From NCBI RefSeq assembly GCF_036588685.1, contig NW_026963315.1:2914001-2978000 (forward strand): 64,000 nucleotides of DNA. The letters run 5' to 3'. Source of the stretch: Mytilus trossulus. Its lineage: Eukaryota. Position numbers and translations under genes: made by a program. The notes under the pieces were generated by a model. It ran no database searches. It was not told the DNA's origin and saw only the letters and a program-made list of their open reading frames with translations. Positions 28,001 through 40,000 of this stretch are shown here, piece after piece (within the stretch, counting starts at the first letter, position 1; each line of letters starts with the position of its first letter).

Positions 28001-31000
28001 ACACTAAAATTAACAACTGTACTGCCTTCAACAATGAGTAAAACCCATACATTGTATATTGACCTTTTAGTCATTTTAGAAAAATCTTCATATAAATTTG
28101 CCTTTCTGATATATTGTTGAACCAAATGAATAACAGTTATTATTGTTAGAAATCAATGATCAAGGTTGATCCTTCTTGTCATGTATTTATGAATACACCT
28201 TATCGCTAATCCGGACTGACCCGGCTGCTTGAACTTTTGACGCATACAACAATCATTGTGGCGTCAGATATTTTGTTTTATGATGTCAAAATTTTACGGG
28301 AACCTGTGTGATATTTAGTAATGGAGGACAAATAGCGATAAGGGGTATTGATATTGAGAGTATTGTATTAATGTGCAAAAACAAAATAAAGACTATTTTG
28401 TGTTCATTCATGACACAATTCATCAACAAGAAAAGATCTGAAATTTGTCAATATGTCTGATAAAGTCTCTCTTGGCTCCCATTGCCTTAAGAGTTAATGC
28501 CCTTGAATGATGATTTCACTATCAAAATAATAAAAAAAAAAATGCCTAAATGTAGTAGATAAACGATTGATAGTAATAACTGAATCCAAATGAAGATGTT
28601 TAACCTTGAAAAATTGGAGATGACCTCTTTTAACAATTTTGATTTTATGATTTTGTTCTTAGATTTTGATGAATGTTCCTCTTGGGGAAATAACTGTACA
28701 CAGATATGCAGGAATGTCAAAGGGTCATATAAGTGTGAATGTCACGAAGGTTTCCAGGATGTTAGTAAAACTAGCAGTAAAAATGGTGGACAATGTAAAG
28801 CTGCAGGTAAGGTCAAAGGTCATAATTCAAATGTAAAGGTCAAGGTTTCCAGGAAGTCGATAAGACTGGCAGTAAAAATGGTGGACAGTGTAAAGCCGCT
28901 GGTTAGGTCAAATGTCAAAGTTGATAATACAAATGTGAATGTTGCATAGGTTTCCAGGATGTAAGTTAAACAAGTAGCAAAAATGGTGGACAGTGATAAG
29001 CTGCAGGTAAGGTCAAACAAATGTGAATGTCACAAAGGTTTCTAGGACTTTAGTAAGACTGGTAGCAAAAATGGTGGAAAGTGTAAAGCGGCAGGTAAGG
29101 TCTAAAGTCAGGAAGGTTTCCAAGATGCCAGTAAGACTAGTAGTAAAAATGGTGGACAGTGTAAAGCTGCAGGTAAGGTCAAAGGTAGTGAAAATTACCA
29201 GGATGTCAGCAAGACTGACCATAAAAATGGCTGACAGTGAAAAGCTTACGTGAGTTGAGTATTTTTTCAAGAAAAAACATTAGACAGGTACTATGTATCA
29301 TATTTACATTTGATCAACATATAAAATAGAGATTAACAGCCTTGTACATGTCATTAACAAAATTTAATGATACAATGCAAATTACCTGTGTAACTTTGAT
29401 GTGTAAAGAATAACAAGATTGCATTTGTTTGTAATTTTCTTTTAATATTTACACCAAGATGCCATTAAATGAAATTGGATACAGTCAATAACATATGATC
29501 AATTTTCTGGTAGACCCTCTTAAAATTATTCAAGATTTTATTCATAACCTCAGACACATACTTGTGTACAAGAGGAATACTATCATTTGGCATAACCTCT
29601 GAAAACGATAAACCGGCTCATAAAAGCACAAATATAAGGTGCATGAATTTTTTGTATATTCATATTACATATATATAAAAGAAAAACAATGACATTAATG
29701 GCAAAGCCATCAGTGCATGAGTGTGTTACTTACCAATTTTTCGATACCCCTTCAAAATTTCTTCATGTGTATGCCTCAAATAGCAAGTAGGGAGATAAAA
29801 TTACACTGTAAAAAAAAATTGTCATGAATTTTAAAGTAAAGTAGTGATTTGGTCCAGCTGAAAAAGGTTAACAATTAGCACTTCAGAAGCTGTGGAAAGA
29901 TTTCAAGACCCCTTAACATATTTTGAGTTAAAGCTGATGAAGTTTTTCATAATTTTTATTTAATTTGTCCCAAAAGTAGTACAACACACTGTAAAAATAT
30001 TATGGAGAAATTGCAGGTGGGATTTTATTTATTTTCATTCAATGTCTTACAGAAACGCAACACGAAATAAATGTGTACTCGAACCTAAGAGGCAAAATCA
30101 GTAAATATAGAATGTTTACTTTTGCAATTTCCCTGACTGATTTAATGTTGTCAGTTTGTCAAAAAGGGTGAAACTAAAGGATTTTAACTTTTATTGGATA
30201 GAAATTCTGCAAAAATGACACATTTTGGCATTATATTGTCAAAATAAGCATCTCAAAGTTGTTTCAATTTTGATGCATAAGTGTTTCACTGAGAGGAGGG
30301 TGGTGCAAAATCATTATGCATAAAAATGCCAAAACTAAACGAGGTTCGTATATAGAATGGTGCAAACAAGATATTTCATGAACAAATAAACAGGTGATCA
30401 AAAATTGGTAAATTAGAAACAAATGGTTTAAGATTTTTAGTTTGAAAAGGTGTAAACTAGATAATTTGCCAATCAGAGTGTGGTGATTTTTTTTCTCAAT
30501 TAAATTAATATATAATCAAATTATGAGTCAAAGTATATTTTGAGGTTATTTTCTAGTACCAGTAATATAAATATTTCTCAACAATGCCTATCAATTGGCA
30601 CAATAAAACTATACTTCAAATTCATAAATTGAAATGATGATACAAAATTTGAAAATCATTTGTGTTTGAAAAACATGTAAATATATTTTTGTTCTTTTTG
30701 TATTTGATAAAAACACTTTGATATTAAACAGTCATATTCAAAATCTTTATAAATATTTAGAAAATACACCAACCTTAAATCTTCAAATATTCTTGTTCAC
30801 AAATCTGAGATGCAACTACACCTGTCAATCAGTTATATATCAATAGTAAAAAACATACAATGTATTATGTAGTAAACAGTTTTTACCTAAACACTAATTA
30901 CTAGAATGAAGTAAATAATATTTTGAAATACCTTTAAATTCAATTTGGACAAAATAATCAAATCTGTATCATAAAAGTGATTTCTTTTCTTTTTTTTTCA

Positions 31001-34000
31001 TTTTTATTTATTTCCAATTTCACTTCATTTACTGAACTCTATACAAAGAGAGATAATTCAAAAATAACTAAGGTAATTTTTTGACATGTTACACCAAGGT
31101 GCAATTAAATAAAATTCAATTACTTGCATTTATCTTCCTTATCATATGATCAATTTTCTGATAGACTCTCTCCAAAACTATTGAATACAATCATTCTGCA
31201 AAACTATAATAAATACAAAATTTTCATTTATTGTTTCAGGGGACATGATGATGTTATTTTTCACCAGTGGTCATGAAGTGCGCCAATTGATACCTTCAAA
31301 GAAAGACTACTCTGGTATGATCAGCTGGGGCCGACACATGGGAGGGTTGGACATTGATGCTGAGAGACGATTGATATACTGGACAGATCTGTCATTACGT
31401 AAAATACAGAGGGCTGCAGTCCCTCAAGACCAGAAAGTAGCAGAGACAACACGACCACAAGATCTGAATGTGTTGGCTTTGAGGCCAGAAGGTGTAGCAG
31501 TGGACTGGGTAACAAAGTATGTAATACATATTTAAAGTTCATTTAATGGTACCACTCCATGTGAAACTTGTGGTAAAAAATTAAGTTGAACTTGTCAACT
31601 GGCTCATGTTTATACATGAAATAAAGCTATATATTCCTATAAATACAATTTTATGACTGCCACAGCGGAGGGCATTTTATTGTTACCCTTGTCCATACAC
31701 TTTGAAATTGATTTATTTTCTCTTCTTCAGTTTGCCTCATTAAAATGTTATGTAACTTATATATGATGCTTATTACCACAAATCATAGATCAAGTTCGAA
31801 ATTTGGATGGTATTACTTTTACCTTTCTTGAGTTATGTCCCTTTATAACATTACATACAAGCAGGGGCATAAATATCTGTGTAATGAGACACATTCTCCA
31901 TTTATTTTATTTCCATCAAAAAGTGCCCTCTAGGATGAACAGGAATTTCATTTAAAGATTAAATACAAAGTGAATTATAATGTTAAACTCTGTTCTCAGA
32001 GTTGTGAATATGGGCCAAATAATTTTATTTTGAAACATTGCAGGAATGTTTATTGGACTGATTCAATCAAGAAAATAGTAGCTGTGTCATTAGATGATGG
32101 TAGATACATGAAAACGTTGATATCTGAAGATCTAGATTACCCACAATCCATTGCTGTTAGTCCTAATCTAGGGTAAGTACATAAATGTAGGACTGGAAAG
32201 CGCGATGGGGATGTTAAAAATTTCCTGTGGAAATAATATTCCAGAATATTTCTTCCTTTTGGAACTTATATTATGAAGGAACTTCTATTCCATGACAGAT
32301 GGTCACACTAAAATGCAATGGCCTTGGCTAAAATGAGATGTTTTGATACTCTAAAGTGTGATGGTTTGTTCAATTCATTTGAACAGGCTTAAGTGTGGTT
32401 TTTCTGCAAAAGTATAGATATTACCAAGGTTACACAGCTTTTTGATTAGAATGTTGTTCCAGATTAAAGGTTTTATTATACAAGAAGAAAAAAAGGAAGA
32501 GAAAAACAAATGATCAAAATCTGGAACTTTTTTGGTTATTGCTGGAAGAAGTTAACTTAATTTGTAAAATTGAAAAAAGAAATTCAATCAATACATTTTT
32601 GGTGCCAAAAAGTCTAACCTTTTACTATTCAAATTGAATAGTTCTAAAAAAAATACAACAGGGTTTGTTATTTCTATTAAATAACGAATAGATGTGTTGT
32701 AGAGTAGCAGCATATGATTGCAAATAAGACAACTCTCTACCTGTGCTACCATAGACCTAATGTCATTATATATGCAGCTTTAGGTTATAGAGCATTAGCT
32801 TACATCGCATAGTATTCTATTAAGACTAAATGGCCTCAAAATAACCAGTGTAGACAATTCAAAGTAGAAAACAGCATTGTTTTATGATTTTTTTTTTCAA
32901 AAGTTGATATTAAGTTTTTTTCTGAAAATGATAACCATATTTTTGTAGTTGGGTGTATTGGACAGACAGCAGTGCATTACAGCCTAAAATAGAAAGGTCA
33001 TGGATGAATGGAGACAACAGGGAAACACTTGTCAATACAAGAATTAGTCATCCGACAGGACTAACCATTGATGATTCTATGGGTGATCGAATCTACTGGT
33101 GTGACTCAAAAGAGAATATCATAGAGTCTATGAGGCCTGATGGAACTGATAGAGTTTTAGTTGTTGGTAAAGGTAAATGACTTTTTATTTTACCCCACCT
33201 TGAGGCCTTATGTTTTTCATTATCGGACAACAGATAAATTATCACGTTGTGATTGGTTAAACACCGTCACGTGGTGACCCCCTATGAGACCGTATGGGGT
33301 TCGTGACGCGTTAATGGTGACGTCATCCATTAATGTTGTTGTGTTTCATTGTTCATTTTTCATCAAAACGCCGCAGAAAAAGTCCAGCGGCCGATAAATT
33401 TGTTATACGGTTAACTACTGACCCCCTACGTATCCATAGAGGGTGAATAAAATTCATAGGGGACTCGGCCTCCGGCCTCACTTCCTATGGATTTTACTAA
33501 CCCGCTATGGATCCGTATGGGGTCAGTAGCGAACCATATAACTTATAATCTGGATGTCAGTTCGTCTGTTTGTCTGTCACACTTCAGTTTTTTAAGTTTT
33601 TAAGTTTTTGGTCATGTCCATTTAAAAGCATTACAACTTGCTTTTAGCAGAATATTTGATGTATTTTAGAATTTACCTGATTTGAAATTATTACAGTCCT
33701 TTCTCATAATTTTATTCTAAATTCCATTTTAAACCAGAGTTAACCATGTAAAAACGTTGATGACATCTGGGTCACATGACAAAATTATGTCTATGAGCTG
33801 ATAAACAAAACATCAGCCAATCAGTAGACACCTTACATCCATAATTAAATTATAATAAAGAAGAGAAAACTTCAACAGAATCTTAATGAGTATCATTCTT
33901 TTATTAATCCTTGCTTGTTTTTCCATTATGTAGGGATAATTAACCCTATGAGTCTTGATGTATTTGAAAGTAACCTATACTTTGCATCACAACAGTCTGG

Positions 34001-37000
34001 TAGTATAATGAAAATGGATAAATTTGGTCGAGGAATCAACTCCACTTTACAATCAGGGCTTCTGCTACCAACAACTGTCAGAGTATTCCATACACAGAGA
34101 CATAATATTTCAGGTTTGTATTCTTGGTTACCATTTTTCATATATAATTATAATTATTTCTGTAGCTGTTATGGTTTTCAAGCTATTTCTCCATCCACAG
34201 AGTTATTGCCCCCTTTTCTATTTGTTTATTTATATGTTCATGACACGTACCTTTTGTATGAAGAAATAATTTGATTGTTTTTTTTAATATTTGGTGTAAG
34301 AAATTTCCCTATCTAGTCAACCAAACTTTGTAATTTTCACAGCTTTATTAACAATTTACTTTAAGTTTAACCTCACAGAAGCCAGGTATATCCTAAATTG
34401 TACATTTGTCACCTTTCTACATCCTTGTTTTCAAAATTCCAATAGGGAACATACTTTATATAATTGTTTAGATAAACCAATTTTTCAAGACGTTTCGGCC
34501 ATTGGCCTTCTTCAGTTCTTTATTTTTCCTCTCAACTACATGGCTGACTTTACATTTGTATTTCCTTTTCAATCATTGGTAAGATGCCAATTTTTAATAT
34601 ACATTTAAAGTCTTATAAGAAAGAACTCACCTTTGTAACATAACTACTACTTAAAATAATCCTTGGTTTTCTGGATACTTAAATTAGCATACTATGGAGC
34701 ACATTAATCCTCAATTCATAATGCAAACTCATAGACAAGTTCTTTTTTACTCAAAATGATCTCAATTTATTTTTCTCTCTCACCAAAAGTTTCATTTCTG
34801 CAAATGTGATGGTTAGTTTAACCAAGTAATGACACCAAAAGCACTATTTTTATTCAGAGTATGGTTACTTTATATACTTTCCAAATTTGAGGGAGTGAAT
34901 TGGTGGTCTGACACCTTGCATACATATATATACCTGTTCAAACTTTTAGAAGATAATTGTATACTATGTATGACATCACATGGAACCTCTTGTTTTGATA
35001 CATATTTGGCATTCGTTCTATTAGTAAGCAGTAGCTCATGTGTAAATAAGATGGTAAAACCTTTTGTTAACCTGCTGAAATAGCCTTTTCGAAAGAAGTT
35101 CATATAGATTAGTTTTCAAGGAAGATGCATGCAATTTCTGATATAATTGTCAATTTAATTTTGATGTTAAAGAATACTAATAGGTTTCTGACAAGAAGCA
35201 ACAAATACGGTAGATGGAGACTACATAAAAAAGCAAAAACCTAGCATCTCGAACCAAACAAAAAACCTGGATGATATAAATGGTTTTCAAAATATGTATA
35301 CAACATTGAAGGCCGTACTTTAACCTATAATGGTTTACTTTTTTAATTGTTATTTGGATGGAAAGTTGTCTCATTGGCACTCACACCACATCTTCCTATA
35401 TCTATTTACAACATTGAATTGTATTAGAAATAATCTGTTTATGATTTTAGTGAAAAATCCTTGTTCTGATAAGTGTAGCCATCTTTGTTTACTGGTTCCT
35501 GGAGGATATAGATGTGCTTGTCCAGATGGTACAAGATTTCAAACAGGAAATAAGTTTCTATGTGATGCTGGTGAGTTTATAATTTGAATTAAGGGCTATT
35601 CCATTTTAAAATGTATGAGGGAAGGAAAGTTTAATTATTGAATGTGGGTCATGAGTTTTTTAGTATGCATCTACATGTATTACCACTATGCAAAACTTTA
35701 TGCAAAATTATTTAAAAAATAGTTCTTGGTTGTAGGGATATTTTAGAAGTCCCTTCCTACCCTCCCACATACATTTTAATGGAATAGCTCTAACAACATT
35801 TGCAAGAAAATATTAACTTAAGATTAAAGTCTACAGGATAGATTGACACCTGTCACATTATCTTTTACTTTTTTTTAGAGCCGATATAATTGTATAGGTT
35901 GTGGCTGCATGTTTCATTAATTTGTCATAAACGAATAGCTTATTTATAAAAGGGGTTAATTGATGATTCCACAGTATACAAACCTAATATTTTATATTGG
36001 AACAATTTAGGTATCTAAAAGCAAACTCTTTGGATTACACTGCATTTGATAAAAACAGAAATAAGAAGGTTTATTTATTGTTGTGCTTCATTTCAAAGTG
36101 ACACTGAGACCTAGAAAGAATGACACATTGAATTTGATGAATATGTTAATGAGAGACAGGCCATAGTAGGCAAAGAAATAGGAGATAATTCTTTTCTAAT
36201 TATTTACTTAAAAAGTATATTTTTTATTAAATTCAAATTTACAATTTTTGATAAAAAATAGCCATAAGTTTTTTTAAATTTCATATATAATGGGAGATTA
36301 ATCTTAGTTTAAACATATTTATTTATAGTGGATTGGGAAACAAGTTTTGCAACTTATATTAATCCCTTTCCACTTTGCGGGTGCGAGTGCTGCCTTGTAG
36401 CGGCATTAGCCTACTCTTTTTCGAAATCTACAAGGGTGTCTTTAACGTGCAAGAGATGTGGCTCTCTCTTAACACGGGTCAGCCATTTATCGTCCCTGTC
36501 CGACGGACTATCATCGTTTCCTCAAGACCATACTTGCAAATGGTGTCAAGGGAGAGCCGAAAATTGAGTTCCTGAAATTTTCATCCCAAACGGGAATCGA
36601 ACCAGGAACCTTTGTGTTAGTAGTCCTATGCACTAACCACTACACCACGGCTCTCTAATTAATCTTACATTATCATTGACAAAAAAGATCTGGATCTTTT
36701 TGTTTTATTTTTCAAATTCATAATGAGAGACAACTCTTACATTGTTTTACAAAAAAAGAGCTCTACTTATTTTTTGATTTTAAATTTCCCATTCGAGACA
36801 ACTCTTTACGGTGTCTTTGATGTGAAATAATCCATATATGTATAATAATCCTAAATTTGTATTTTTAGCAATGGAAGAGTCCAGACCTTTGCCTTCAGCA
36901 TGCCCTTGTAACAATGGAGGAACTTGTGTCCAGGATAATTCATCAGTAATAATTTGCCATTGCCCGCCTGGTAAGTCCTATTTAGCCCCACCTAGTTCAT

Positions 37001-40000
37001 TTATTTGTCCGTCCATCCATCTGTCCCACTTAAGGTTAAAACATTTGTTAAAGGTAGTTTTTGATGAATTTGAACACCAATTGACATGAAACTTAGAACA
37101 CATGTTCCCTATGAAAGGATCTTTTCAATATTAATGAACATAGAAATGATAGTGTGAGTGGAGCATTCTTGTTATTTGTATATTTTGATGCCCCACCTAT
37201 GATAGGGCATTATGTTTTCTGGTCTGTGGCTCCGTTCCTTCGTCCGTCCATCCGTTTGTTCCTTCGTTCGTTGCTCCTGCTTCAGGTTAAAGTTTTTGGT
37301 CAAGGTAGTTTTTGATGAAGCTGAAGTCCAATCAACTTATAACTTGGTAAACTCGTTGCTTATGATATGATCTTTCTAATTTTAAAGCCAAATTATACTT
37401 TTGACCCCAATTTCACAGTCCATTGAACATAGAAAATGAAAGTGGGAGTTTCAGGTTAAAGTTTTTGGTCAAAGTAGTTTTTGATGAAGCTGAAGTCCAA
37501 TCAACTTGAAACTTAGTACACTTGTTGCTTATGATATGATCTTTCTTATTTTAAAGCCAAACTAGACTTTTGACCCCAATTTCACAGTCCATTGAACATA
37601 GAAAAAGAAAGTGGGAGTTTCAGGTTAAAGTTTTTGGTCAAGGTAGCTTTTGATGAAGCTGAAGTCCTATCAACTTGAAACTTAGTACACTTGTTGTTTA
37701 TGGTATGATCTTTCTAATTTTAGAGCCAAATTAGACTTTTGACCCCAATTTCACGGTCCACTTAACATAGAAAATGAAAATGGAAGTTTCAGGTTAAAGT
37801 TTTTGGTCAAGGTAGTTTTTGATGAAATTGAAGTCAAATCAACTTGAAACTTAGTACACAGTCATGCTCCCTATAGTATAATCCTTCCAATTTTAATGCC
37901 AAATTAGATTTTTACCCTATTTCACGGTCCATGTAAAATGGAATTTGATTGAGTGGGGCATCTGTGTACTTTGGACACATTCTTGTTTTAATTCAAATTA
38001 ATTTAACAGAATTTATATCATCTGGTTGTAAGATCAGTATTAAATTATTTTTTGCCTTATAATTTATTGGATTAGTTTGAAAATCAATGCTGATTATTTT
38101 TGAAAGAGTAATGCCCCTTGGAAACATTAATCATGTGGAAAATCACATTGTTAGCACATACAATTCTTTCCAAATGTTTATTAAATGAAAGATATATATC
38201 AGCAGCTTTTGTTTAATTTTACAGGTTTTCTTGGACCATACTGTGAACTTTTAGAACCTAAAAAACTCATGCCGCAGTTGGAGTCAACAAGTAAGTAATA
38301 ATAGTTTGATGTTTGTTTGAAATGAAGTTAAGGTCAGGGGCAGATTTTATTTAGAAAATAGCATGTGGTAGGGGGACTTTATACTGCAAACCAATTTATT
38401 AATGGATCTTGACAACCATTTTTGCACTGTGTTAATTTTATGGTTTAAAAAAATCTGCTTGGTTGTTCTACAATCTTGCAACCATTATAATTGTTGAATT
38501 CATGTACTTCACCATAGTAGCATACTGAATAAAATTATATTGTAGGACTTGTTACAATTAAAGTGCCTGCTTCAGAGTTCTTATATTTGTTACCATATAG
38601 TAACATTCTTAATAATTTGTATATTTAATGGTAGGACTTACTACAATCATAATGGCTGCTTCTGTTCTGAGATTTGTAACCGCAGTAATCAATGAATTCA
38701 ATTTTGTATATTTTATTTATAAGACTCTCAAAAAATAAAATCTCTTTTTTTTCCTTAGATTTTCTGCCTTAGTAACGTGCTTAATTTTGTATGTTTTTTT
38801 GTTGGTAGGAATTGCTACAACTAAAGTCTTTTGTCATGTGATTTGTTACCATAGATGCATATTTGATTTAATTCATATATTTTTTTTTGTAGGACTTGCA
38901 ACAATTATAGTTCCTGTTTCTGTTCTGGGATTTGTTCTTATCATGATTCTATTGCTGTTGTATGTCTTCAGAAGAAAAAGGTTTGTATGTCAAAAATCTT
39001 TATTTTATACTTGTGTAAGTTTATTTTTGAAAGAAAATTTATCATTATATTTTCTGCCACAAGAATTTCCTGTTGGAATTTTGTTTTGAATAAAGCTATA
39101 ATATCTGTCCCTCTTATAATATTATTCTTGAATATTTCTTGTTTTTGACTACTGTGGATTCATTTATTTTAGTGGGTACCAATTTTCGTGGATTAAGAAA
39201 AGCCTGCATATTTGTGGATATTTAATTTCGTTGTTTTGCTGAAGCCTGCATTCAAACCTTTAGAAAAATTATCATTCGTTGAATATTTAATTTCGTGGTT
39301 TGACTGTGCCCACGAAATCCACGAAAATTGGTATCCAACGAATAATAATGAATCCACAGTATTAGTAATCTCATTGATCTTACACCAGAATGAAAATAAT
39401 GTTATATCATTTGTTCCAATGCTCAAGGTTTTAAACCAGTTACACATATTTTGTTGTATGTCTTATAATGCATTATATTTTCAAATGAAGATTTAATTTC
39501 ATATTGCACAATTAATGAAAGGCCTTATTTCACCTTCCCACCAGAAAAGTAACTTGCCGTCTCTGCATTTTGTTCATAAATAAAATAATTTATAACATCC
39601 TTAAATTTTGTTTGTTTTTCAACCATTTTTGTGTATTTAATGCATTTTTATATCGATACAGGAAAGTAGTGAAGGGTGAATTCAAAGGAGGATCTGGAGT
39701 AGTGACTTATAGAGAAGGCACCAATGTAGAAATAACACCTCCATTTACTAGTGACGATACCAGCTCATCAGGGCATGTAAGTATATTAAACGTGTCAGGA
39801 TGCAATATTGTTTTTTTGACATGGAAATAACTGAAGGAGAGTGAGGCTTAAGATACCAGAGGGACATTTGAACTCATAAATCAAAAATAAACTGACAACG
39901 CCATTGCTAAAAAAGATAAAGATAAATAACAGTACACAACACACAGCATAGAAAACTAAAGACTGAGCAACTCAAACCCCATCAAAAACTTGTGGGATCT

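Noticed and set aside
36575-36657. tRNA gene
   Set aside because: A and B boxes are present, but it is the head of a 350-bp element with a TSD and lacks a proper acceptor stem; called a SINE.
6079-38230. Recursive splice sites (exons w5, w12, w13, w16, w21, w30 begin with GT)
   Set aside because: Expected from split Gly/Cys codons and the usual AG|GT preference; the introns are short and there is no independent support.
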